DNA from: Leucoraja erinacea
Lineage: Eukaryota
Direction of reading: 5' to 3'
Length of the DNA: 64,000 nucleotides
Assembly: GCF_028641065.1 (NCBI RefSeq)
Contig: NC_073404.1
Coordinates: 31,434,001-31,498,000, forward strand
Shown here piece by piece: positions 23,301 through 36,544 of this stretch. The notes beneath the pieces were generated by a model, which saw nothing but the letters and a program-made list of their open reading frames with translations, searched no databases and was not told the origin of the DNA. Positions within the stretch are counted from its first letter, which is position 1; each line of letters starts with the position of its first letter. A program made the position numbers and the translations under genes.

Positions 23301-26300
23301 CACTTAAGACCCTTCAGGCCATTCATCTAATCAGGTTAAAATATAACTACACCAACACTGCTGTAATAACACAGTCCTATGTATTTGACATTGATGCTGT
23401 TCTTTTTCAGCTTTAATGGCATTAATGAAATATTTTTCTTCACTCGTATTTAACTTACAGCCATTCTACATAGTTAAAGCAGAATTTTCCCAAATTTTCA
23501 TCTGCAAGAAAGAAGTGACTAAATTCCTTAAAGTGATTCAAAGTGTCCTGGTTGGATAGCAAATTCAAAAATAAAACGGGAAACAATGTACTCCATGCAT
23601 CTTTTCACCAACACACACACGGGCAAACCACAAGCTTAAGAACACTTGGGAATAAAATCTGCAAAAAGGTCAGTCTCCTGAAGTTGTTAAGCGAAAGATC
23701 TTCCAGCTATGTATTAGTTACTAGATGAATAATATAAACGTGTCATTACTAATACCAATTCCCTATTACAACTATGTAATAAACATGAGTTTACTTCTCA
23801 ATTTCTACTAAAGGCTACCAACTCTCCCACATCCCTCACATTTCAGATGCCTAAATGTTTGCAGATGGGAACTGTATTAATACTTACTAGGTCAGTCGTA
23901 ATACACAGGGAACCAACACCTCATTGCCCACCACAAGTGCCAAGTAGAATGTTAGCTGCAATTGCCATTTCACGTGGATATTTTTCAAAGATTGCAAAAA
24001 AAAAAAAAAAAAAAAAAAGTGTTTTACTCTCGCACATGATGTAAACAGGAATTTCCTGAACTCAAACTTGTTGACCGAGTCATGTCTTTTCATTTGGAAA
24101 TACGTAACCAGCAGAGAGCCATTGCCAAATACTGGTTATGGTTAAGAAATACTGTATCTGAACACAGCAACATGTTTCAGTCACCAACTCCACTCTGGTG
24201 GCATAAATACACCGAGCATATAATTCTGAAGCACTACTTATTCAAAGGTATTATGCTCCTCAGCACTCCAGCTTTATGTTCTATGCTAATGTATTTCACG
24301 ATACATTTCCATGCTGTCCCTACTATTAGGATGCCTGGTCAGAAACCCCATGTAGCAGCTTCAGTCTATTACATACAACCCAATCACCCTTTACTGTAAA
24401 CAGATACTTGAACAAAGGGAAAGAATAATCCTTGAATACTGGTTCAAGGATTGAACAGCCTAAAGCTTTTCCAAGCTGTGATTTGACAAAGTTTCTATAG
24501 ATCAAATGTTCAATCCCACATTTATACACTTTAATTTTTTTTTGATTTTTAAATTAACATAATTAGTAACAATAGCAAGCATTTAAAAATACATTAATTT
24601 TATGGTGACATACAGACAAGACTTGCATTAATGAACCAAAACTAACCATACAGGCCATCAAATTTGATGGTACAATTGAGAAAATACTATGGGGGGGGCG
24701 GGGGGGGAGTGACACAAACTAACAGTTCTTTAAACAAATGTGGGTGGAACATGGAGCACACATGCATGTCGGCAGCTTTAACTCCCTGAGGTTCCGGCAG
24801 CCTTTGCCTTGGGGAAAGGGGACACAATATGGGACCTGGAATGAAAAAGGCTAACCTGCAAGGCCTACAGCTGGACTGACATTGCATTACAAAAAAATAA
24901 TTCTTTTTAAAAATAAACACAGGTATCAAAGACTTCAAACATGATTAGTTTGTATCGTAGCAACAAGAATTTAAAAGAACCTATGCTATCTGACTTGCTT
25001 AGTGCCATTCTGCAATAATTAGACCTCTGATGATTATTACTCGATGAAATGAAATCAACACATGGCACAAAATAAATTAAGTTCTTATTCTCAATACTAA
25101 TAAACGTATGCACCAGATACTGTATAGATCTCACACACACATGCTCTCATACACACTCAGTCCCTCTTCCCAATTTTAAGTCTCTTCATAGAAAGGGCAC
25201 TGCAGTCTACACTGTATTTGGTTTATGCTACACAGTACTAACAATTGAGGCGGAAAATGTTACATCCACGACAGTAACACATCAGCATTCACTGTACTAA
25301 TTAGTCACAAATGATTTGAACTACGCTTAAAACTTACATGCCTATCCAAAAAAATATAAACAGATTAAAAAGTTAAGAAATTTTAAGTGCTTATTGAATA
25401 ATCAAAGAAGAGTGACAGATCACAAGATAGAACAAGGTGTAATTACGCATAACAAAGTCTGGGTGGGTTGACCCAGTAGTTGTATGGCCCTAGTGTACCA
25501 GATATGTACAGTACCAAACATGTACTGGGCTGCCCTACCATTCATTCTAGGGATTAGTAATCAAATTAAGTTGTTACAAATTTGTTGGGAGTAGCCAAAT
25601 TAGTTATTAATTGCTTTGAGTAAACGACCCATGGCAAGACTTTTCCCCATTTGACATCTGCCAGCGAACATCTCCAAATATGACCAAGAAAGATTCTGCT
25701 AACAATATGTAGTACAAAATAAGAAACTGTTGAAATTCTGAAACAAAACTGCCCATCTTGGATTGTTCATTAGTATACTTTGCTTATTACTGGGAATCAG
25801 TTAAAGCCCCCAAAATATCAGGCTTGTGTTTAAGGTAGCACAAACTCAACAAAAAACTAAATGCAAACCTTTCTATTCCATTGGGAGGGGGAAAAAGAAA
25901 ATGGAAAGGACAGTGGTTTTCTGCTTTTTCATTTCGGTGTGCAAAGGCATACGTAAGGTTTTCTAAAAAAATACAGTAAGTGGACAGATCCTGTGTCCAG
26001 ATGCCACAGGTTACAAATTTAATCCTGGCCACCATCATGCAAGCACACTTTTGTCCCAAAAAAGTATGCTAGCTTGAAAATGCTCTCCCCAGAAATGGGC
26101 TTTTACTCAAAATAAAATCAGCAGAAATATTTGGCATTGTAAGATTTTAGTTTATTAAACAAATTAGAGGGTTAACTCCTGTCTAGTCCTTGAAAGATAA
26201 CCAAACTGATAAAAGGGAAGCACAAGCATCTGGGGAGGAGCAGTGTTGAGCACATTACATTATCCACAACCACACTGCAGAAATTAGATAGAGGACATTT

Positions 26301-27700
26301 ATTTTGCAAGACAGAGCGTAAAGCCACAGGGACGATAAAAACAAATCTCTCCACTCTGGTGTCTAGTCTTACATGCTGCACAAGCTGTAGTGTTCAATAA
26401 CTACCGTTGCACATTCACAAGTCCATGCCTGCACACTCTTCACTCACTTCTAATATTGCCATAAAGCACTTTGCTGATTTGTAAAATCCAAGCACATTTT
26501 TCATATTAAAAATATATCTTTAATAGAGTTTAGAAGCAGCAATAAAGCTGTGGACTACACAGAATGCATTAGAATTCAATAACCAAATCATCAATTTTGA
26601 CAGAAACTGTCCCATAAGAGGGCTAAAGAATGTAGGAGAGTGATCCAATTTTAATTTGACTTTTTAAAATCTACTTTTTTTTTCTCTTTTTAAAAAAAAT
26701 GTATGTTTTTGTTGCACGATTCTGGTATATAGTGCATGAAAATGCAATTTAAAAAGCAAGATGATATTAAAAAGGGAAAGGAGGGCATAGTAAGCAAATA
26801 CATGTCATTTAGTAATAGTTAAGGCCAGATATGCAACGAGGAAATCTACTGAATGGGATATTTTAATGGCCTAGAAGGGCAGCAAATGTGAAGCCCCGGA
26901 GCAAAAGCAGTGCAGTTTATGTCACTAACACGTACGATGGCAAATTCGTAACAAAACTAAAAGGGAAAGCATTGTACAACATTAAATACCTAAGTTGAAT
27001 CACTCCACATTTCACATAATACACCCTCCGCATGTGGAGCATGGTCTTTCTGATCAGTGAACCATTAGACCTGCATCATTTAATATTGCAGTTGTCTGAT
27101 TTTGATATCTTCCCAGTGATGAGTTAAGACAATTTTTCCCCCAAGGCCTAACAGGCCATCTTAATCCCAGCAAAATCTGAGAATGTTGCAGCAAGGAAAA
27201 AGAAAAAACACACACCGTACTTCAAGGCATTATTCCAGCATAACTTTTTTTGGGGTTTTGTTTAAAAAGTTCTGCAAATCCTCGTATTTTCCCCCTGTGG
27301 AATCTGTGCACTCACAGCCAAATGCAGCCTTTGTGAAGTGGGACAGCCCCTTCAGTGGTTCGCCAGAGCCTGACATTACACCAGCAGGATCTTAAGAACC
27401 AGATTTAAGTAAAATGTCCACTATTCATTGCGTTCAGGTTTTGCTTTGTAATACGTTCAGTACCAGAGGTCATTAAATATCCAATTAAAGTCCATCTAAA
27501 TAACTGTTGGACACACTCTTTGCACTCACTCAAATTCAGTTTGTTTTTTTAAAAATATTTTTTTTTGTTTTTATTTATTTTGAATGTCTCTCCTGAACTG
27601 GCCCACTGCTGAAGAGATGATTTTGTTTTAAAAGGAGCATAACCGCTTCCAGACAGTGGCTTGCAGCAACAATGAAAATAGGCAGTTCACCAAGCTGACT
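20360..27700 (-). other. NUFIP2: Inferred long 3' UTR of NUFIP2 (~7.3 kb)
   Basis: AT-rich unique sequence with no recognisable SINE/LINE copies, running from the stop codon to paired AATAAA. Mammalian NUFIP2 also has a multi-kb 3' UTR. Confidence 0.65.
21027..21085. repeat. (TA)n/(TATAGA)/(TATG) microsatellite
   Basis: Seen directly in the sequence. Confidence 0.9.
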
Positions 27701-27753
27701 TCATTGACCAGGACGGTCCATAGATTCATCATAAGTAACTACTCTCGAAGGAT
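27701..27753 (-). CDS. NUFIP2: NUFIP2 coding exon 4 (last): (D)PSRVVTYDESMDRPGQ*
   Basis: Acceptor TTTTTATTTCAG and phase 1. It matches the human C-terminus DPKRIITYNEAMDSPDQ*. TGA is at 27703-27701. Confidence 0.93.
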
Positions 27754-28562
27754 CTGAAATAAAAACAGAAATGTTTATCATGTAGATACACGTACTTCAA
27801 TGTGCAATTATAAAATCAAATCATTCATTACAATTATACATCTTCATTGATGATTTAGTAAGAATTAATTCTAATGTTGAATGTTGGACTAGATCCAATT
27901 CACAAGGAACCACAATTCCACAGAATATTCCAATCCAAATACAGTATCAAACAAATCTTGTTGCAAACCAGGAGGGATATCTTTAGCCAGATGGTGGTGA
28001 ATCCGTGGAATTGCCACAGGTGGCTGTAGATGCCAAGTCATTGGGTATTGTTTACAGCAGAGATTGATAGTTCTTGATTAGCAGGAGTGTCAATGGTTAC
28101 AGGGAGAAAATGGGGTTAAGAGGGAAAAAAAGACTGGTCATAATCGACGCAGACTCGATGGGCTGAATGGCCTAATTCTGTTACTAAGTTTTATGGTCTA
28201 ATGAAAGAGGAAAAATCAGAGTAGATGGCAGTTTCAGCCAGTTTATGAAAGAGGAACCAAGCTTGGTTCTCCACTCTCCGTTGTGGTATCAATCTATCCA
28301 CGTTCACATCATATAAACAATTTATAACTTAAAACTAAGTAACTTGTAAAATGACAATGCTGGAATAATTCACAGGTCAGACAGCATCCATGGAGAACAT
28401 GGATAGGTAGATAGATTGATACCACGCCGCGACCCTTCTTCAGACCGTTGAGTTACTCTGACACTGTGTTCTTTAGGCCGACTAAGTAACATGCATTTCA
28501 TGCTGACACTATATTGCACCTTAATTGAAAATTGAATGCTCGAAATTTTTAATTGCAATTAC

Positions 28563-28595
28563 CTTGTTTATGCAGGTTCCATATAGAGTCCATTT
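28563..28595 (-). CDS. NUFIP2: NUFIP2 coding exon 3 (33 nt): (E)MDSIWNLHKQ
   Basis: TCTTTTGTTTTACAG acceptor and AAG|GTAATT donor. It matches human EMESIWNLQKQ. Confidence 0.93.
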
Positions 28596-31500
28596 CTGTA
28601 AAACAAAAGAGGTGCAATCAAAAACGAGCCATAATTTATCTTTTCAAATTTTCTGAAAGATGCACAGCAAAAGGCAATGTAATTGGCTGTGGGATTCATT
28701 TTACTCATTTCCAAATAGCAGTATAGTACAGCACCCGTCTGCACAACTTATTATAGAAAGACATACTTGAAAAGTGATGCACAGGCAAAAATTACAAATC
28801 GCTTTTACTAATCATGGAAATGTTTGACCCGTTACATATCTAAAACACAAAAAATATACAAGATAAGTAAAACTGAATGATTTTGTTGGAGCTTTTAATA
28901 TTGAAAGACATCAATTTGTTGTGCAATTAATATCAAGTAAAACATGTACAGGAGATAATTTGGCCATCATACCCAATCTGAATGCACAGGTGAAATTTTA
29001 CAGTACAATGCTCGAAGCAAAATGTAAACAAGTTAACTCTCTTCTGTCACACTGAGATAATATATAATTTCCAGAGAAAATTATGAATCTTCCATCAGAT
29101 TATTTTGCCAATTAGCTTCTGCTTACTAACATGGAGAACTTTGCCTCAACATTCATATGCCCACTTACAAAATCTTCTGTTCATTTATTCTGCTCTAAGT
29201 TAAGAATCCTCTCTTCTACTGAACACTCTTATGGCAAGTCCAGTTTCCTCTACACTCTCTCCAAGGCCTTAAATCGATGCAAAAAGCAATATTCCAGCTG
29301 ATGCCAAATTAAAAATGTATAAACTATTACCATAATTCCACAGAATCCCATGAAACTTTCCAATTTGTACACATTATGCAATGATGGGCATTGGATTTAA
29401 TGCATGCAAATTTCAATTAAGACAAATTCTTGCAATTTACTAGATTGGAAACAAGTTACACTGACCCGAAGCTCTATAATCCTCACGGTTTAGAAAAGGT
29501 TAAAAATAACAAATTCTCAAACATGAATTAGTCAACTTCACCAGGCACTCTCTTCAGAATTGAGATACGATGTCCAGGTTCAGGAACAGCTTCTTCCGTC
29601 AGGCTAATGAACACTGCAAACTCCAACTCATCTATAAATTTGCACCACGGACTTTGATTTGTTTTGCACTATAGTTGATTTTTAAATTATCTTTTCTGTT
29701 TACATTATCTACTGGATACCACATTTACAAACCCATTGTGCTGCTATAAGTAAGAATTTAAATATTCCCTTTTGTTATATATGACAAAAGACTCAAATGC
29801 TCCCACAATATGATGTGTAACTCACATCTAAAATTGGAGATGATATCTGCCTTCATCGTACACATTGAGGGATTCAATTAGTCTCAAACACAACCTTGAT
29901 CAAAACATTTAATGTTCTGCAACATTCAATACTATATCTGATGATTAGACATTCAGTTGTTTAAAGATTCTTGGAACGAAATTGGAACTCCAATGATTAA
30001 AACATGCCTTTGTTTTAAAAAGAGCCAGTCTCATTGAAATAAGTGAATTTATAGCCTCAATGCAAAAATCTACTGAAATACATCTCAGACTAGAGGACCA
30101 GCCATTAATGGCCACATGAGAATAAAACTTTGAGGCTGAGTATTTGATGCTCCTACCCCAGCAGCTGTGAATTCTCAGCCATCAATTAAATTCAAGTCCA
30201 ACACTGGTTGATGGCTTTGCTCCCGATGGGAATCTAGAGTTGTGGAAATGGAATAGGAAGACAGCGACATGGAAGTTCAGCCACAACATCAAGTGGCTGA
30301 GTATGCTCCAGGGGCCATGCACCCCAAATTTTAATCTAATTTCCATCCAATACATTTAGGTCAATAAGACAACTTCAAATAATACAATCCATTGTTGTGG
30401 CGTTGCATTAATGAGCCCACAGATCTGGAGCAAAGAAATGCATTGTTCCAATCCCAGTATACATGACAATTAAACACCTGACTCGAGATGTTTGATTTAC
30501 AAGTCAAGTGATATGATGCGAGTGTGGTTGAAGCAGACTCGAGACCAGCAATGAACTCATTGAACGGTGATTTAAGGGGCTGAGAATGTTTCTTAGGTTC
30601 AGTTAAAGGATATCTATACAAGAACAAAAAGAATACTCCCCAGACAACGAGTTAGAGTAAAATGAGGATAAGAAAATGGTGTATCCATGATGACAACTTA
30701 AAATGGAAAAAACACATTAGAGTTAAAGGATTCGAGGAGAGATTGGTTAGACAAGTGTTTTTGCATTGACTGAATGAGAAAGGAAATTAATATTAAAAAT
30801 CTGAAATTAAATGCTGGAAATACCAAACAAGCGGGACAGGCAGCATCTCTGGAGAGAAGAAATGGGTGATGTTTCAGACCCAACCCGTCACCCATTCCTT
30901 CTCAGTTTAGCTCAGTGAAAACAGATTCCAATAACCTGCACTTGTGTTAGTTGTTTATTTCTAAAGCTCCACTTTCCCAATGTTTGCTTTGAAGTAGTCC
31001 TGCCAAGGAGCAAAATGTTTTTTGGTCTTAAATGTAGAAATCTGTTTGAGTATGAAATACAAATATGATAACAGCTTTAACAATTTAATACTTTAAACTA
31101 TTTGCACAAACTTTCACAGCTAAACGATTTTATCCAATAATTGCAAGAAAACCAAGGTTTGATGATATCAAACAAGCTAATGAGTCTGAAGGGTCGCAAC
31201 CCAAAACGTCGCCTTTTCCTTCTATTGAGAGATGCTGACTGTCCCGCTGAGTTACACCAGCTTGTGTATATCTTCAGTCTGAACGACTGCATGGAGTGTT
31301 GTAATTGGCAAGTGTCAGAGGTTAAGAGAAAAAGAATATGATGCTTGCTGACACATCATGGATTATTAGTAAACACATGAATCAAATATTCATCGCCAAA
31401 ATCATTTGTACATGGCCAGAAATGAACAATGCCGATCTGCCGGGGCACTGAATGGGTAACCAACTCTGAACTAGTTAGCACTTCCAGGGAAAGGATCATT

Positions 31501-32806
31501 GAGTACATTTCCACAGATGCATTTCCTCATTAGAAAGATAAGCACCAAGATTGCCAAGTGATCCTTGACCAAAATAAAGTCCATCTTTTGGCATATGTGT
31601 GCATTTAAAGATAGGCAGACTACAAGGAATAATGTTATACAACTGAGCAAATTCAGATTCTCACTAACTAATCCACTAATATTCAGTTGCCTTTTGCCAT
31701 TGAAAATAGGATCAAAGCACCCACAACAATTATCCATAATCCTTGTCAGGGTTAGTCTTTAATGGGTCTACAATTGTTAACATTCACTCAAACCTGTATA
31801 AAAAAACCCTCTGAAATCTATGCACATTTGCTGTTCTTATTCCTTTGCCGGAACAATTTGAGGGGAACATTTTTAACCAGGAAGAGAGAAACAGTCTGAA
31901 GAAGGGTCTCAACACCCATTCCTTCTCTTCAGAGATGCTGCCTGTCCCGCTGTGTTACTCCAGGTTTTTGTGTCTATCCTCAGAGAGAAACAAATCCTCA
32001 TTTCATATACAAAACTTTGATTTCTAACACCACACAAATGGAGATGCAATTTCTTCCTCTGAACCCTAGCAAAGCCACTGGTACACTAAAGCACTGCCTC
32101 CTATTTGCCCTGAAGGAACTAAAAATACGAGAAATGTTTATTCCTTTGGCCTGGGCAGAAGCAAATGTCCAGCTTTAATTAAACCAAGGTGTATCTGGCA
32201 TTAATGTGAAATACTGTACATTAACATTCTAGACCTAAAACTAATTAGTAACTGAATAAAAATAAATCTCAATGCGTCGCCATGCAGAGATGATCCACAA
32301 ATTATGGGGGGGGGGGGGGGGGGGAAAAATTGCAATCTTCCAGAATGCAAGGCCATGTCAACTGCTCATACATCAAGAACCATTAGGAAAAAGAGTGTTA
32401 ATTACTTTTGTGTACATAAACTCTACGAAAGTCAGGGCTCTCACTTAACTTTTTTTCCCCTGTTGCCAGCTGGGCAACCTCGGCAGCTTTTTAGGTTGCC
32501 AAATGACAGTTTAGGTGGTCATTTAAGACGGCTTGCATGATGCGTGCGATAATGTGGTTGGACGAAGTGCGTAGTTACTAGTCGGAATTATGGTCAATAA
32601 AGCATTCGCATATTATTTCTGCTTCAAATAAAGTCACAAACTAAACATATTCACCAACCAAGACATGATATATACCACAATGACATGTAGCAAAATTACA
32701 ATACAGTATCTCAACTCTTTTTACACGTTGCAAAGAATGCAATTTCTATTATCTTTCCACTTCCAAACAAAAATCTGGTTGGATTATTCAGCATATGATC
32801 AACCTC

Positions 32807-33935
32807 GGTGAGACCAAGCGCAGGCTTGGCGATCGCTTCGCACAACACCTCCACTCAGTTCGCAATAACCAACCTGATCTCCCGGTGGCTCAGCACTTCA
32901 ACTTCCCCCTCCCATTCCGAATCCGACCTTTCTGTCCTGGGCCTCCTCCATGGCCAGAGTGAGGCCCACCGCATATTGGAGCAGCACCTCATATATTGTT
33001 TGGGTAGTTTACACCCCAGAGCTATGAACATAGGCTTCTCCAATTTCAGGTAGTCCTTGCTTTCTCCCTCCTTCCCCTCCCATTCCCAGCTCTCCCACAG
33101 CCTACTGTCTCCGCATCAACCTTTCTTTTTCCCGCCTACCCCCTCCCGACATCAGTCTGAAGAAGGGTCTCGCCCGAAACGTCGCCTATTCTTTCGCTCC
33201 ATAGATGCAGCCTCACCCGCTGATTTTCTCCAGCTTTGTCTACCAACGGGATCCCACCACTGGCCACATCTTCCCATCTCCTCCCCTGTCGGCTTTCTGC
33301 AGAGACTGCTCCCTCCATACCTCCTTGGTCAATTCGACCCTTCCCACCCCCTCTCCTGGCACTTTCCCATGCAACTGCAGGAAATGTTACACTTGTCGCT
33401 TTACCTCCCCCCCTGGACTCCATTCAAGGACCCAAGCAGTCTTTCCAGGTACGCCAGATGTTCACCTGCACCTCCTCCAACCTAATCTAATGCACCCGCT
33501 GCTCTAGGTGTCAGCTGCCCTACATCAGTGAGACCAAGCTTAGGCTTGGCGATCGCTTCGCCCACCACCTCCGCTCGGTTCGCAATAACCAACCTGATCT
33601 CCCGGTGGCTCAGTACTTCAACTCCCCCTCCCATTCCGAATCCAACCTTTCTGTCCTGGGCCTCCTCCATGGCCAGAGTGAGGCCCACCATAAATTGGAG
33701 GAGCAGCATCTCATATTTTGCTTGGGCAGTTTACACCCCAGCGGTATGAACATTGACCTCCAATTTCAGGTGGTCCCTGCTTTCTCCTCCGCTTCCCAGG
33801 TCTCCCTCAGCCCACCGTCTCTGCCTCTTCCTGCACCCTCACATCAGTCTGAAGTCTACCCAAAACGTCGCCCATTTCCTTCGCTCCATAGATGCTGCCT
33901 CACCCGATGAGTTTCTCCAGCATTTTTGTCTACCC
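32807..33935 (+). mobile_element. Penelope-like element, partial-tandem (pseudo-LTR) insertion, degraded
   Basis: Two successive copies of the GIY-YIG region. The second includes the Cys linker TFPCNCRKCYTC and FQVRQMFTCTSSNLI...RCSRCQLPYISETK.RLGDRF. Each copy ends in the terminal repeat. Confidence 0.9.
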
Positions 33936-35159
33936 ATTCACACGTTCTGTTATCCCACTTTCCTCACCCACTCCCTACACATTAGGGGCAATTTTACAGA
34001 GACAAGTTAACCTACAAAGCCAATGCGTCTTTGGAATGTGGGAGGAAACCCACATGCAAATTCAACAGTGCCAGAGAACAGGAGCGAACACAGCTCTGGC
34101 GTGTGAGGCAGCAAGTCCATCAGCTGGGCCACTATATTTTATTTTCCAACACACAAAAAATTATACATTGATAACTTTGGTTACTAAAAAAAAACTATCC
34201 ATTTTCAGCCTTAAATCTAAGTGACCCTATGTCCCCCTTTACAGCTACTGTATGTTTTAATTCAGTTCAAGACTATGGAGCAGTACATTGGCCATAGGTT
34301 TGCAAAATTAAACTAACCTTCACTCTTTTTTGCTCACCACCATGCATAGAAACAAAGTGGGAGCAACAAATACTAATTTGGGAAGTTTCTCTCAGTTATC
34401 TGGATTAATACAAGGCAATATTCAACAGTGATGCTCAACTCCCAGTTCTGTTCATAAAAGGCAACCAGCACCTCCAAAACAGGATGAGAGCAATACCACC
34501 ATACAAACAAAATCAATGATCAATTGTATTCTGGTATCAGATTTTCCCATAAGAATCATTGCAGTCACACACCCAAGCAGATCGACACAATAATAAACCC
34601 ACAGTCAATTCACGTGGAAACTTAGGACACGTATCAAACTAACTATTCCTGTGTTAACCAAAGCAAAATGCTAGTAGACTTGCTACTTCAGCTCCAGGTA
34701 ACACCCGGAGCTCTGTGGAGTCTGCACATTCTACCTTGGAATGTAACAAAGGGGGGGGGGGGGGGGGGGGGGTCCCTTTTCTTCCCATATCTGCATCAGA
34801 CCAATATTCTTCCTAATTTATCACATAACACTTCACTTCCATGTGCCCAATGGAGTGAAACTAATCTACAGCACCAATGGGAAAATATCTAATTTTCACT
34901 ATCTCCATGTTTGATTTCTGTACGCACTCCTTGATTTGCATTTCCAAGTCCCAAGTCAACATCGACCTGTTCAATGAGACATATGACAAAGCACCTTACA
35001 ACTAACATACAAGAAACGATCCTCAACTAACCACTGCGCAACAACTCCTGACTACAAATGTCCATGTGTGACCATGGAAAACTGAGCAATTCCCACATCC
35101 CACCTTTTGGTAAAGGCAGACACCCATGATGGAAAGCAAACTCAATGCTAGCAATTACT

Positions 35160-35870
35160 TCAAGAGGGCTTGTATACTAAAAAAGGGTTGTAATGTTGAG
35201 ATTGTATGAAGGGTCTCGACCCAGAACGTCACCCATTCTTTCTCTCCATAGTTGCTGCCAACAACTGAGTTACTCCAACATTTTGTCTACTTGAAATGTC
35301 GAGGCTAAGGTGCTGGTAAGGCCACATTTGGAATATTGTGAGCAATTTTGGGCATCATATCAGAGGAAGGATGTGCTGGCTCTGGAGAGGGCCCAGAGGT
35401 GGTTTACAACAACGATCCCAGGAATGAGTAGGTTAACCTATCGTAAGAGTTTGTCAGCACTGGGCCTGTACTCGCTGGAGTTTAAAAAAATGACAGGGGA
35501 CCACAGAAGGCAGCGAATCTGTGAAATTCATTGCCACAAGGGCTCTTAAAGCTATGGGGAGAAGGCAGGAACGGGGTACTGATTGGGGATGATCAGCCAT
35601 GATCACATTGGATAGCAGTGCTGGCTAAAAGGGCCAAATGGCCTACTTCAGGACCTATTGTCTATTGTCAAAGAGGGGCGTGGAGGCTAAGTCAGTGGCT
35701 ATTTCTACGGTGGAAATTGATAGGTTCTTGATTAGTAAGCATGTCAAAGGTTTTGGGGAGAAGGCAGGAGAATTTGGTTTAGAGGGAAATGTAGATCAAC
35801 CATGATTTAATGGTGGCGTGGACTTGATGGGGCCAAATGGCCTAATTCTGCTCCTACTACTTGTGAAATC
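35160..35870 (+). mobile_element. CR1 3' fragments
   Basis: ORF 35310 reads LVRPHLEYCEQFWASYQRKDVLALERAQR. Confidence 0.85.
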
Positions 35871-36417
35871 TTTGAGATGTTCAACATCAAAAGATCTAGC
35901 CTCCACACAAGAAATGTTCACGTGTATCAGTTTTACATGAACTGCCCTTGCATTGTAACTGCATCCCCTTGTTCAAGACTCCACCACCATATCTCAACAT
36001 CCTTCCTGGCTAGGATCCCCTTAGGATCTTATTTTGAGTCGGGTCACCTTTCATTTGTCTAAATTCAAGGAATACGGACCCAAACTTTTTAGCCTTTGAT
36101 GGGACAACTCTAGTAGCAGGAATGAGCCTGCTGAATCTCAAGGTTACCCCTGGGTCCTAGACTGTAGCAAGATAAATAGCCTCTGTAACAATCCTAATTA
36201 GTCTTCTGAAACTCCTCTCCCCTAATATTTTTCAGACTTCATTTGATATTAACTGATCCTGCAGACATTTTGTTACCCTTGCATCAACCACACAAATCCA
36301 TATTGTTTCCCTAACAGGCAAGCAAATTTTGCCTTCGACAGAGACTGAAGCTTGTAGTTGTATACAAAGATGTTATCTCCCCCAGTGCCCTGAACAAGTA
36401 CACAGCATTTCTTGTTC

Positions 36418-36544
36418 AAGAAGGAACTGCAGATGCTGGAAGATCAAAGGTACACAAAAATGCTGGAGAAACTCAGCGGGTGCAGCAGCATCTATGGAGC
36501 GAAGGAAATAGGCGACGTTTCGGGCCGAAACCCTTCTTCAGACT
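36418..36544 (-). mobile_element. Solo 127-bp hammerhead-like short element with 13-bp TSD
   Basis: GCATTTCTTGTTC at 36405-36417 and 36545-36557. The minus strand begins AGTCTGAAGAAGGGTTTCGGCCCGAAACGTC. Confidence 0.85.

Noticed and set aside
27337-27352. AAGTGGGACAGCCCC resembling the MITE right TIR inside the 3' UTR
   Set aside because: It has no partner TIR or TWA duplication and is probably chance.
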